A stretch of 34,751 nucleotides of DNA from a virus (IMGVR_UViG_3300010361_000008:1-34751); one strand, 5' to 3'; positions 1 to 8,940 are shown, counted from the first letter of the stretch. The notes: generated by a model from the letters alone, not told the origin. Made by a program: numbers and translations.

Positions 1-123
1 CGCATTTATCTGTTTGTGATTGTTACTGTGTCGCTAGCGTTGGCACTCTCTGCTGCTGAGAATTCGCGGTGGCTGCAATTTACCAAGACCAACGACGGCA
101 GGACTGTCTATATCGACAGCGAG
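1..123. repeat. Terminal direct repeat, left copy (circular assembly overlap)
   Basis: 1-123 is identical to 34629-34751. Confidence 0.97.
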
Positions 124-522
124 ACGCTCAACTACCAGAATGCCGCCGGCGCTACGCCTACCAACGTTACGGCCTGGACCAAGTGGGCGGACGCCTCGGG
201 AGGCTACAACGCCATCCGCTATCAATTCACCAGCCGCCAGTTCCGCGTGCTATCGGCTATAGATTACGGCGCTGACGGCGCGATCAAGGATTCTAGCGAC
301 AAGGCGAGCGACTGGATGGAGCTGCCGCCCGATTCAATCGCGGAGGCCATGGCTAAATTTCTGCTGGTCACCGTACCCGCCCACTTTCGCGAGCATCCGC
401 AGAAGAGTAGCGACGGTAGGACGCGCCAGGAGCTTGCGGAAAAGGCGCCTGGCGCAGCTCGGCCGGCGTCATCATCTGGCGTGCGGTTCGGTAGACGGCG
501 TATTCGAAGACGGTCATGGTAA
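1..522 (+). CDS. Secreted protein spanning the circular junction (true start ATG 34623; about 175 aa), loosely surface-adhesin-E-like
   Basis: AGGAG 34613-34617, then ATG AAA CGC ATT reading in frame into position 1. MKRIYLFVIVTVSLALALSA is a signal-peptide-like N-terminus. W..TNDG..VYIDSETL..VTAWTK pattern. Confidence 0.75.
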   Translation, partial: RIYLFVIVTVSLALALSAAENSRWLQFTKTNDGRTVYIDSETLNYQNAAGATPTNVTAWTKWADASGGYNAIRYQFTSRQFRVLSAIDYGADGAIKDSSDKASDWMELPPDSIAEAMAKFLLVTVPAHFREHPQKSSDGRTRQELAEKAPGAARPASSSGVRFGRRRIRRRSW

Positions 523-948
523 CGGCACAGACCGCTTTTCGAAGTCGCCGGCCAGCTCCTTCTGCATTTCTTCCGCTCTGTAGTTTCGGAACTCTCCGAT
601 CATGCGGACGCACATTTCGTCAGGCATTCCTGCGTGTTCGCGCAGAAAGCGGTACATCCACGATTCCGTTCGCGCACCGGTCGCCGATTCGATCAGCGAT
701 AGCGCGAGGTGCTGCGCGTCGAGCGGATCCAATTGAGCCTCATAATCGCCCAGCCGAACGCAGACCTTACCGCCGGTTGGCGACAGGATGTTGGTCACCT
801 CGATCGTGTTCGTTGGCGGCTTTAGAATCGCCTGTATCAGGCTGCGGACGCCTTCGACGAAGCGCTTATCCGCTTCCGGATCGTTCGGACGCCAGAGCCG
901 AATGAACTCCTGTAGCTCCGCGTTGTAGTGTTGTCCCGCCACTTTCAT
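514..948 (-). CDS. Hypothetical protein (MKVAGQHYNAEL...)
   Basis: ATG at 948 with purine-rich GGAAAGG upstream; co-oriented with the replication operon. Confidence 0.7.
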   Translation of the reverse strand: MKVAGQHYNAELQEFIRLWRPNDPEADKRFVEGVRSLIQAILKPPTNTIEVTNILSPTGGKVCVRLGDYEAQLDPLDAQHLALSLIESATGARTESWMYRFLREHAGMPDEMCVRMIGEFRNYRAEEMQKELAGDFEKRSVPLP

Positions 949-1819
949 CCTTTCCCGCGGCGCGCTTCGCGATCGCCTTGATCCGCCGCGATCCCGTCCT
1001 GGCATCCACGCACAGGCTCACCACGCGAGCCTTCCCTAAAAGATTTTCGAGCGCTCCGACCGGCACGATCGCGAGTTCCAGCACTTTTTCCATCCCGATC
1101 AACTCGACCAGGTCGCGCATACTGCGTATTTTTCGCTCCCGTTCGCGAGCCGACAGGTGCAGAAGGTAGACGTCGCCTTCAACCGTTCCGTCCGCATCGG
1201 CCGGCGCCTGGTCGAACCAGCTCTTGATGGCGCGCTTCAGCGTCTCGTATCGCTGGGCGTCCATGGCGCGAAGTTGCATCCGGCGGTCGAGCTCTCCGTA
1301 CTCGTCGATGAGGCGCCTCTGGTCGGCATCGCTTGCGATCGTCACCTCGACCGAAGGCTCGAAGTCGGGCTCGGCGGCCGGCCGCGGCGTCCCGGGCTGT
1401 TCGGGCGGCTCGACTTCCTGGCCCTCGCGCACATAGATCTTCGTATAGCCTGCTTTGGACGGATAGACACGCTCTTCGACGACCGGCGCCGCGGCCGGTG
1501 GGGCAGGCTCTACCGGTGGGCCTGGCGCAGGTTCCGGATCTGCTGCTATTGCGGCTGCTGCCGGCGTTTCCGCTATTGCCGGCGGGTCGATCCGCTTCCG
1601 CGGCCGGCCTCGCTTCTTCTCAGGCTTTGCCTTCGCCCTCGGCTTGGGCGGCTTGCGCAGCTCGCCCGTGATGGCGCGGAACGCGGAATTGTATTGCTGG
1701 TCCTTCAGCCATTCCGCGTGGAGCTCGGCCGGCGTCCCGGTCGCCGCGATCGCGCCTTCGATCGTTCCGGATTTCGAGAACGCCGTCAGGAAGGCTCTGC
1801 GCTCGGCGAGAGAGGTCAT
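866..1819 (-). CDS. Putative DNA-binding protein: TerS-like N-terminal helical domain, AT-hook (KKRGRPRK), Pro-rich linker, C-terminal domain
   Basis: N-terminus aligns by eye with 6296..6775; RGRPRK motif; ATG at 1819. Confidence 0.7.
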   Translation of the reverse strand: MTSLAERRAFLTAFSKSGTIEGAIAATGTPAELHAEWLKDQQYNSAFRAITGELRKPPKPRAKAKPEKKRGRPRKRIDPPAIAETPAAAAIAADPEPAPGPPVEPAPPAAAPVVEERVYPSKAGYTKIYVREGQEVEPPEQPGTPRPAAEPDFEPSVEVTIASDADQRRLIDEYGELDRRMQLRAMDAQRYETLKRAIKSWFDQAPADADGTVEGDVYLLHLSARERERKIRSMRDLVELIGMEKVLELAIVPVGALENLLGKARVVSLCVDARTGSRRIKAIAKRAAGKDESGGTTLQRGATGVHSALASERSGSG

Positions 1820-1942
1820 TTCTGAAGCTTCTCGATAATCCAGCCTACAACGCAACTGAGCGCATATGCCGCGAAGAGAAACAGCATAACGGAAAAAGCA
1901 TTCAGGACAAAATTTCGAAGCCGATAGTTGCGGGGCCGGTAG

Positions 1943-2725
1943 TCAAGAGGCATTTTCATGGGGCCTGTAGGAATGTTCGATGCGCCTCAGAGTGCGCCCG
2001 GTATCGCACTCGTCGCAGTAATCATCGCCGGCCAGGCGCCCGGACCCTCCGCAGTTGTGACATCGCTCCACATGCATCGGCTCGACTCCGGCGAAAGTGT
2101 CGGCGGTGATCGGACGCTTGATCGGCAGGATCTTAGCCGGCGCTCTGGATTTATCGCCCGGAAATTCCGGCTCGCGGCCGGCGCGGAGGGCAGCCATCTG
2201 TTCCGGATATTGGCGTTCGTTATAGGCCAGAGCATCGGCCCAGAATTTTCTGTCCGCTGATCGCTCCTGCTTGCCCACAATAGCGTCGAGCTCTGCGTGC
2301 CCTGCCGGCGTGGAGTAATAGATCGAGTCCTTGAGTGCCTGGAGATGGACGGCTCGGATATCAGCCTCAAACTGTCGCTTTCGCTCCGCAGGAGATTTGA
2401 CGGCCGCTTGAACCAGCTTCTGGCTCCAGGCAGCATCAGGTTTGCCGTACTCCTTTTCCCACTGTTCGGTTTGCGAAGGCTGGGGAGGAAGAAACTTGTC
2501 GTGGGTATTGAAGGCGACGTCTTTGATCTCCCGCGGAGTGGGGCATTGATCGTCAAACGTGGTCAATATGGCATCGGCGTGCGAGACGCTGACCGCTACG
2601 GACTGCAAGGCGCGCACGAGTAGCATTTCGGCTTGAGGCATGTTGTTGTAGCCGCGCAAACCGGAAAGACATTCCCGCACCTTGAACAATGCGACAGCGT
2701 CGACGATTGCAGGCTGGTTGCTCAC
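1943..2725 (-). CDS. Replication-associated protein (helicase-loader position) with C-terminal CxxCxGxG...CxxC zinc motif
   Basis: GTGA overlap with the initiator gene; CHNCGGSG...CDEC. Confidence 0.6.
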   Translation of the reverse strand: MSNQPAIVDAVALFKVRECLSGLRGYNNMPQAEMLLVRALQSVAVSVSHADAILTTFDDQCPTPREIKDVAFNTHDKFLPPQPSQTEQWEKEYGKPDAAWSQKLVQAAVKSPAERKRQFEADIRAVHLQALKDSIYYSTPAGHAELDAIVGKQERSADRKFWADALAYNERQYPEQMAALRAGREPEFPGDKSRAPAKILPIKRPITADTFAGVEPMHVERCHNCGGSGRLAGDDYCDECDTGRTLRRIEHSYRPHENAS

Positions 2726-3822
2726 GTCCCCTCCCGTTGCTTGCGCATCATCTCCAGTACTTCCTCAAACGGTGCGAGCCCTTTGCGTGTGCCTCCGTTC
2801 TCGATTGCCGGAGGAGGCGGATGCAGGAATTGGCGCTCTCGCAGGAATGTACTTGCCAGCGGGATCCACCGTCCGTTATCGGCCCTCCATCGCGGACAAT
2901 TGCGATTCAGTTTAAGCCAGGCGATCGCGCCATCTTTGCCGGATTCAGTCAGGCCGTCCCAGTGCCGTTTTGCCTTGGCCTCATCGAGGCGCTCAGGCGG
3001 ATATTCCGAGATGAATTCTTCGAAAGTCGGCGGTTCCTTCAGGGGGGCGTGCGCCGAAGGCGGTTCTGGAGTTTGGTTATTTTTGGAAGAGCCGTCCTCC
3101 TCCTCCGCCTTTGGTGGCTCGGGTTCTTTCCCGCTACTACCGTTTACGAAAGGCGGAGGAGGAGGATCTGTTCTTTCAATAGTTCTTTCTGTTCTTTCTT
3201 CCTTATATAGGGCGTCCTGCGCGTCCCCGCCTTTCAGGAAACGCGCAACCTCGTTTTCGAGGCTTTCGAGGGCACGCGCAAGCCGCTCGCCTTCGGCCAG
3301 ATAGAGGGTGCGCGTCCCATCGTTAGTTTCGGCTATTTGGATACGTTTGCGCTTCGCGAATGCGATTAGAGGCTTCCAGGTATCAGGTATCCACCCTGGA
3401 TTGAGGGTGCGCGCACCCTCCTTTTCAGGTGATTTACTGAGGAGGGTTCGTGGCTCCGCCCAGGAGTATATCCCAACGGAACCTTTGTGCAAAGAGCCAT
3501 TCTCTTTGCCTCGCCTTTCAGCGAGGCCGGCCTCTTCTAATTCGACCAGGAAGGTGCGCACATCGGAAGGATCGAGCTCTGTCTGGCGTGAGATGTCGGT
3601 AGTGGTCAGATTGCGCCGGCCGTTCTTGTCCTGGATGACAGCGAGTTCCTGCTGCCATCCCATGGTGGCCAGTTCCAGGCAGGCATGAACCTGGCGAGCG
3701 CCGCGGGAGAGATGATTGAGCACCATGCGCCTGCATCGGGCCTTGGTATTGAAGTAAAACTCTCTCGGTGGGATATCGATTGGGCCATCAGCGCCAGCGA
3801 TCCGGAAGCCATTCTCCGTCAT
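2722..3822 (-). CDS. Phage replication initiator (N-terminal wHTH, C-terminal FEEF..EYP...WIPLASTFL domain)
   Basis: GGAG RBS and ATG 3822 with ATGA overlap; HTH-like TTTDISRQTELDPSDVRTFLVELEEAGL; replisome-organiser-type C-terminal motif; internal DNA repeats. Confidence 0.75.
   Translation of the reverse strand: MTENGFRIAGADGPIDIPPREFYFNTKARCRRMVLNHLSRGARQVHACLELATMGWQQELAVIQDKNGRRNLTTTDISRQTELDPSDVRTFLVELEEAGLAERRGKENGSLHKGSVGIYSWAEPRTLLSKSPEKEGARTLNPGWIPDTWKPLIAFAKRKRIQIAETNDGTRTLYLAEGERLARALESLENEVARFLKGGDAQDALYKEERTERTIERTDPPPPPFVNGSSGKEPEPPKAEEEDGSSKNNQTPEPPSAHAPLKEPPTFEEFISEYPPERLDEAKAKRHWDGLTESGKDGAIAWLKLNRNCPRWRADNGRWIPLASTFLRERQFLHPPPPAIENGGTRKGLAPFEEVLEMMRKQREGT
3170..3420. repeat. 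Candidate replication origin with iteron-like repeats inside the initiator gene
   Basis: GTTCTTTC at 3170, 3182, 3191; TGCGCGTCCC at 3218 and 3309; GAGGGTGCGCG at 3304 and 3403; perfect 18-bp palindrome GAGGGTGCGCGCACCCTC 3403-3420. Confidence 0.55.
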
Positions 3823-4064
3823 CGGGCTCCTCCAGCAGCGAACTCCCAATGTGCTTGGCTTGTATCGAAGCCGAAATACATGTGGGTACAGAACTCTGTG
3901 GCTGCGTCTTCAAGAGACTCGCCAAAATTGCGACATCCGCAGTATTTGCATTGGATTAGCCATGGCACAAGACGACCAGAACCGGCGTCATAGAAATTTC
4001 CGTGGAAAATCTCGGCCAGTGAGGTTCTGCGACGCCTTGGCCTTGTATTCTCGAATCCACTCAT
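3819..4064 (-). CDS. Small protein with CxxC motif
   Basis: GAGGGG RBS, ATG 4064, CKYCGC, stop overlaps initiator start. Confidence 0.7.
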   Translation of the reverse strand: MSGFENTRPRRRRTSLAEIFHGNFYDAGSGRLVPWLIQCKYCGCRNFGESLEDAATEFCTHMYFGFDTSQAHWEFAAGGAR

Positions 4065-4294
4065 TTTGAGCCCCCTCGTCAGCCAAAAATCCGACAACTT
4101 TGCGCTGGAGTGAGGCAGGCAACCTGAAGTAAAATCGAGGCAGACCGTGCCCTCCGGCGCGTTTACCGTACTGAGGTTCTACGGGAGCTGTTGTCCGCCA
4201 AGACTGTGCAGCGACCGATAGAACTTCAGTAAGACAAGCGGAGGTGCTCTTCCACGGTTCAGGTCCGGCACCCGGACCCCGGGCCATGTCAGGA

Positions 4295-4318
4295 TGCGAT
4301 AATTTCGGTTCTCTCGCA
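4295..4318. promoter_or_regulatory. Possible tyrosine-recombinase binding site (TGCGATAA-N8-CTCTCGCA)
   Basis: Imperfect inverted repeat with 8-nt spacer just upstream of the recombinase. Confidence 0.35.
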
Positions 4319-4340
4319 CCGCTGGCGAATCGTTCTGGTT

Positions 4341-5273
4341 GTGAAACCAGAAACCTCCCCCATTCAGTGTGATCTCGTCCAACACTGGGCCGAGAAGACT
4401 CTGGCCCTCAACACGCGGATTGCATACAGCCGCGACTGGACCGACTTCACAAACTGGTGTACAGAACATGTCCGTACATCTCTGCCGGCGACCCCAGCAG
4501 TTGCAGCGCTTTACATAGCAGATTTCCTCGGCCGCGGCCGTAAGGTGACGACTGCCGCGCGGCGCGCAACCTCGATCGCGTATTACCACCGGCAGGCCGG
4601 CCTTGAATCCCCGGCCGACACAACCGTCTGGTCGGTCATCACGGGCGCACGCCGCGAGCGCTGCGAGCGGCCGGTCCAGAAGCGGCCGATCACCGTGAGC
4701 GACCTCCATGTGATGGTCGCGCACCTGGCGGGATCGCCGGCATTCCGGACGCGCAATCGCGCGATCCTGCTGTTCGGCTTCGCCAGTGCGTTGCGGCGCG
4801 CGAGTATTGCGTCGCTCGATCTGGCGGACCTTGAGTTCCAGGATCGCGGCGTGCTGGTCATGGTCCGGCACGAGAAGAACGACCGCATCGGCCGCGGGCG
4901 GACACTGGCCGTACCGTTCGGAAGCACCGAACTGTGCCCCGTGCGGGCTCTCGAGGAGTGGCTCGAGCTCCGCGGACGGCAGCCAGGCCCGCTGTTCACC
5001 GGCATCGATCGCGGAAAGGTGACCACAAACCGGCTGCATCCTTCGCGTGTCGGAATCGTGGTGCAGGAAGCCGCCGAAAGCGCCGGATACGATCGGCGGG
5101 AGTACGGCGGTCACAGCATGCGGGCCGGATTCGCGACAGAGAGCCTGGCGCTCGGGGTCGGCGAGATCCGGGTCGCGGCGCAGACCGGACACCGCTCGCT
5201 CGAATCCCTGCGGCGCTACTACCGGCCGCCGGATCCGTTCGCCGGGAACCCGTGCGGCGCCCTCGGGCTGTAG
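4341..5273 (+). CDS. Cre/XerC-like tyrosine recombinase
   Basis: NTRIAYSRDWTDF core-binding domain; RNRAILLFGFASALRR, K in EKND, GHSMRAGFAT, QTGHRS, LRRYY catalytic motifs; no arm-binding domain. Confidence 0.93.
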   Translation: MKPETSPIQCDLVQHWAEKTLALNTRIAYSRDWTDFTNWCTEHVRTSLPATPAVAALYIADFLGRGRKVTTAARRATSIAYYHRQAGLESPADTTVWSVITGARRERCERPVQKRPITVSDLHVMVAHLAGSPAFRTRNRAILLFGFASALRRASIASLDLADLEFQDRGVLVMVRHEKNDRIGRGRTLAVPFGSTELCPVRALEEWLELRGRQPGPLFTGIDRGKVTTNRLHPSRVGIVVQEAAESAGYDRREYGGHSMRAGFATESLALGVGEIRVAAQTGHRSLESLRRYYRPPDPFAGNPCGALGL

Positions 5274-5375
5274 GAGGAACGTCTTACTTTTCGATGGGCT
5301 GGTTTGTACTTTTGCTTGTCGGTTCATCACGCCTACATTGCAGGTTTGCGGAATTGGCTTTGTAAACCCGCGCCA

Positions 5376-5432
5376 CCTGTGGCATGATGATCATGCCAGA
5401 GGAGCCTTGTTATCCACGTTGGGTGTGCACAA
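5376..5432. promoter_or_regulatory. Palindrome plus two DnaA-box-like 9-mers
   Basis: TGGCATGAT-G-ATCATGCCA 5380-5398; TTATCCACG 5410-5418; TGTGCACAA 5424-5432 (inverted). Confidence 0.4.
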
Positions 5433-5623
5433 GCTTTAAAGGAGCGCTCTTCGCTGCGGATCTTGTCAGGGAAGCGCAGCGTCGAAACCTTAAGGCGGCA
5501 TCTGATAGGTTGTGATCGGCTTTTGGCAAGCGGGGCGAGCTTCGGCTCGCCCTTGCCTTTTCCGTTCACCCTTTCGCTGGAATCGGTACTTCACAACTGA
5601 GCACTGTCCTTTAAGCTGATTCC

Positions 5624-5667
5624 TGAGACACGTCTCAAACTATAGTCCTCCGCAGAATTTCGTGCAA
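5624..5667 (-). promoter_or_regulatory. Leftward sigma70-like promoter with downstream palindrome
   Basis: -35 TTGCAC (5667-5662), 17 nt, -10 TATAGT (5644-5639); TGAGAC-AC-GTCTCA 5624-5637. Confidence 0.55.
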
Positions 5668-5726
5668 CGGAATTGTCACTCGGCTGCTATTTCAACTGAG
5701 GCGTAACACTCATCTTTGGGCCAATT

Positions 5727-5909
5727 CTAAGCAGCAGTCCCGCACTCTAGCTGCACGATTGCCTCGCCGGTATCACGTTCCCAGTAGCGCCGCACGCCGA
5801 TAATGTCGAATTCCGTTGGATCGTCGTCGAGTCCCGCATCGATCCGGGCGACGACCTCGAGGTCCCCGTCCTCCTCGGGCAAAAGTCGGATTAGTTCCTT
5901 GACTGTCAC
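5727..5909 (-). CDS. Small acidic phage protein (MTVKELI..L...D.D.EV type)
   Basis: 60-aa ORF; TATAAT at 5924-5919 shortly upstream. Confidence 0.7.
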   Translation of the reverse strand: MTVKELIRLLPEEDGDLEVVARIDAGLDDDPTEFDIIGVRRYWERDTGEAIVQLECGTAA

Positions 5910-5968
5910 GCCACAGCGATTATATCCTGGTCGGCAGCTTAGACCCGTTGCGGGATCGGTTCCGTCGA

Positions 5969-5997
5969 TTGATCGGATGCGACGTTAATCCTAAACT
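5969..5997 (+). promoter_or_regulatory. Candidate promoter of the packaging/structural operon
   Basis: TTGATC-17 nt-TAAACT. Confidence 0.45.
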
Positions 5998-6021
5998 CCC
6001 GTCTCCCCTGGCCGTACCAGA

Positions 6022-6306
6022 ATGTCTTATGTAAAAGACCGTCTGCCCGTCTACGATCGGACGGGCGAACTCCTTTATTACGCTTCTCTTGAGGCCGCTT
6101 CACGACTCATTGAAAGCGGCCGCGCGCTCGGGCGCGGCACGCGCAACCGGGTGCGGTCCCTGGTCGCAGTGCGCGCCACGGAAGAATCGCTTCGATCGGC
6201 CAAGCCTCCCGTCGGGGCGCGCTATAGCCATAACCGCGAAACATCGGAAAACCCTGCGGGCGTGTGGACGCACAATCTGCGCCGCTGCCTGATGTATGGG
6301 ACTTAA
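6022..6306 (+). CDS. Hypothetical protein, first gene of late operon
   Basis: 94-aa ORF overlapping the TerS start. Confidence 0.7.
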   Translation: MSYVKDRLPVYDRTGELLYYASLEAASRLIESGRALGRGTRNRVRSLVAVRATEESLRSAKPPVGARYSHNRETSENPAGVWTHNLRRCLMYGT

Positions 6307-6775
6307 GGGCGCAGCATCCAAATCCAAAAAAGGCGAAGCATACCTGAAGAAGAGAGCTTTCCTCGCGGCCTACGCCGCTACCGCAAGCCTCGCCTCCGCG
6401 GCGCGGGCAGCGGGCGTCAACCGCGCGTCGCACTACGACTGGCTGGAGCACGACGAAGTCTACCGCGGCGCCTGGGAAAAAGTGCAGGACCAAGCCGCGC
6501 AGGAGCTGGAGGATGAAGCGGTCCGCCGCGCCATAGAGGGTGTCAAACGGCCGCTTCTTTACAAAGGTAAACCCGTCCATCAGGGACGCCACGTTCTCTA
6601 TGAGACGGAATATTCGGACCAGCTTCTCGTAACTCTTCTGAAGCGGTTCCGGCCAGCGCTCTACCGCGAGCACGTATCGACCGAAATATCAGGCACGATC
6701 CAGATCGCGGAACGCCTTCAGGCGGCAAACAAACGACTGGTCGAAATGAGGAAGCGTGACGGCGCAACAGGCTGA
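6296..6775 (+). CDS. terS: Terminase small subunit
   Basis: KRAFLAAYA...AARAAGVNRASHYDW HTH; LEDEAVRRAIEGV; YSDQLL; directly upstream of TerL. Confidence 0.85.
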   Translation: MGLKGAASKSKKGEAYLKKRAFLAAYAATASLASAARAAGVNRASHYDWLEHDEVYRGAWEKVQDQAAQELEDEAVRRAIEGVKRPLLYKGKPVHQGRHVLYETEYSDQLLVTLLKRFRPALYREHVSTEISGTIQIAERLQAANKRLVEMRKRDGATG

Positions 6776-8243
6776 GGCCGACCTCGTCGAACGGGTTGCG
6801 GAGTTTCGGGACGATCCCCTCGGATTCGTCCAGTGGGCCTACCCTTGGCAGGAAAAGGGAGAGCTCGAGGACGAGCCTGGTCCCGATGAAGTGCAGAAGC
6901 GCTTCCTGATCGATCTTGGGCTGGAAGTGAAAAGCCGGCACTTCGACGGACACGATCCGGTGATGCCGATTATGATGGCGGCGAGCTCGGGGCACGGTAC
7001 AGGCAAGTCTGTGATGGGAGCCTGGATCGCGGACTGGGTTCTTTCGACCAGGCCCTACTCGATCGGGACCATCACCGCGAACACGTTCCCGCAGCTCGAG
7101 TCCCGAACCTGGGCAGCAATTCAGCGCTGGACGCGGCTCTGTATCACCGCGGATTGGTTCCACATCCGCAGCAAAGGGATCTATGCGAAGCAATCCCCGG
7201 AAGACTGGAAAGTTGTCGCCCAAACCTGCAAAGAGGAAAACAGCCAATCCTTCGCCGGCCAGCACGCGCGAACTTCTACGAGCTGGTACATGTTCGATGA
7301 AGCATCACATATTCCTGACGGGATCTGGGACGTTGCGCAGGGAGGTCTGACCGATGGTGAGCCTATGTGGTTCGCCTGGGGTCAGCCTGCGAGGAAAAGC
7401 GGGCGCTTCTACGAAGCCTGTTTCGGTCGTTTGCGCGACCGCTGGAACGTCCGGTACATCGACAGCCGGCAGTCCCGATTCACCAACAAAGCGCTCATCG
7501 ACGAATGGATCTCGGATTACGGGGAGGACTCCGACTACGTGCGCGTTCGAGTCAAGGGGCACGCACCGCGAGCCGGCGATCTGCAGTTTATCGATCAGGA
7601 CCGCATCGATGCGGCAAAGCGCCGCGAGGTTACTCTATTTTCCGATGACGCGCTGATCGCAGGAATGGACGTTTCAGGAGGGGGGCAGGCGTGGAACGTA
7701 GTCTGGTTCCGCCGCGGGCTGGACGCCCGCACACTCCCTCCGATCCGCATACCGGGTGAGCACACGCAAGAGCGCTCGGCAATGCTTTCCCGGTTAGCGG
7801 ATATTTTATCGGATCGACGCGCAGGCCACAAGGTGTCAATGCTCTTCATCGATTCTGCCTATGGGTCGCCTTACGTTGAGCGTCTGAAAGCGATGGGATT
7901 CCAAAACGTTCAGGAGATCAACTTCGGCGCCCCATCCCCTGACCGTCACCAGGCGAATATGCGCGCCTACATGTGGAACCGCATGAAGGAATGGCTGGAC
8001 CGCGGCGCGATCCCGCGGGACGATCAGATCCTCGAGACGGACCTAACCGGGCCCGGATCGCACCTGAACCGTTCGGACCAGCTCGTTCTGGAGTCGAAAG
8101 AATCGATGCAGAAGCGAGGCGTGGCGTCTCCCGATAGCGGAGATGCGCTGGCGTTGACCTTCGCCGCTCGTGTGCAGCCGGTCGCCGCTCACGAAGAACG
8201 GGAGTTGGTTGGTAGCGGGATGGTGGGATCATGGATGGGATAA
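6756..8243 (+). CDS. terL: Terminase large subunit
   Basis: Walker A SSGHGTGKS, Walker B MFDEAS, nuclease GMDVSGGG, SPDSGDALALTFA. Confidence 0.95.
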   Translation: MTAQQAEADLVERVAEFRDDPLGFVQWAYPWQEKGELEDEPGPDEVQKRFLIDLGLEVKSRHFDGHDPVMPIMMAASSGHGTGKSVMGAWIADWVLSTRPYSIGTITANTFPQLESRTWAAIQRWTRLCITADWFHIRSKGIYAKQSPEDWKVVAQTCKEENSQSFAGQHARTSTSWYMFDEASHIPDGIWDVAQGGLTDGEPMWFAWGQPARKSGRFYEACFGRLRDRWNVRYIDSRQSRFTNKALIDEWISDYGEDSDYVRVRVKGHAPRAGDLQFIDQDRIDAAKRREVTLFSDDALIAGMDVSGGGQAWNVVWFRRGLDARTLPPIRIPGEHTQERSAMLSRLADILSDRRAGHKVSMLFIDSAYGSPYVERLKAMGFQNVQEINFGAPSPDRHQANMRAYMWNRMKEWLDRGAIPRDDQILETDLTGPGSHLNRSDQLVLESKESMQKRGVASPDSGDALALTFAARVQPVAAHEERELVGSGMVGSWMG

Positions 8244-8244
8244 C

Positions 8245-8664
8245 ATGGCGCGTTTAACTGTCCTCATGGGCGCACCGGGATCCGGCAAAAGCACATACGC
8301 GAAGACGCTCGGCAATGTCGTCACAAACGACGCACGCGGCCGGGCGCCGGGCGACATACTGCACGATTCCTACCGCCAGATCAATCAGCTCTTGAGCCAG
8401 GGGAAGGACGTAGTGTTCGATACCACGGGCGCCAATCCGGCCGTCCGCAAGGCCGCGCTCTCGATCGCTCGCAGGTATGGAGCGCAGGCCAGCGTCTGCG
8501 TCATGGACACGCCGCTCGACCTGTGCCTCGCCGCCCAGCGGGGTCGGCAGCGTCCCGTCTCCGGTTCGGAAGTGAGCCGGATTCATGCAGACGTGCGCCG
8601 GCAGCTTCGCGGCTTGCAGCGGGAAGGTTTCAGCAACGTGAGAATCAACCGCGACAGGAGGTAA
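8245..8664 (+). CDS. Stand-alone P-loop kinase (polynucleotide-kinase/AAA_33-like)
   Basis: LMGAPGSGKSTYA, VVFDTT, DTPLDLCL...R.RPV. Confidence 0.8.
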   Translation: MARLTVLMGAPGSGKSTYAKTLGNVVTNDARGRAPGDILHDSYRQINQLLSQGKDVVFDTTGANPAVRKAALSIARRYGAQASVCVMDTPLDLCLAAQRGRQRPVSGSEVSRIHADVRRQLRGLQREGFSNVRINRDRR

Positions 8665-8667
8665 GAC

Positions 8668-8940
8668 ATGGCAACCAACGACCTTGACAGCCCGAAGCCG
8701 TCAGACGCTTCGCAGATGACCAAACTCGCTTCGATCCAGGGAACCGCGGCGGCTCAGCCCGGGCAGGGAGCCAGAACACGGGACAGTGGGACCGGGACGG
8801 TTCAGATCGCCAACGATCGCGCCAGGCTGGATCCTCTCTTCCGGCCGGCCAGGCCGGAACCCGATCAGGGCCGGCGCGATGAACATAGCGGAACCGGGAC
8901 GGTGACCGTCTCGGGCCGCGGAACGATGGAGAAGAAGTGA
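8668..8940 (+). CDS. Hypothetical protein with two SGTGTV repeats
   Basis: AGGAGG RBS; in operon. Confidence 0.7.
   Translation: MATNDLDSPKPSDASQMTKLASIQGTAAAQPGQGARTRDSGTGTVQIANDRARLDPLFRPARPEPDQGRRDEHSGTGTVTVSGRGTMEKK

Noticed and set aside
368-517. Short minus-strand ORF coupled by ATGA to 514..948
   Set aside because: Lies entirely antisense to the secreted-protein ORF; cannot tell which 3' region is real
4250-4285. GGTTCAGGTCC resembling a tRNA T-arm (possible attP)
   Set aside because: No convincing T-stem, acceptor stem or CCA; too short
5333-5569. 78-aa minus-strand ORF downstream of the leftward promoter
   Set aside because: No recognisable motif and it runs across palindromic regulatory-like DNA; cannot be supported
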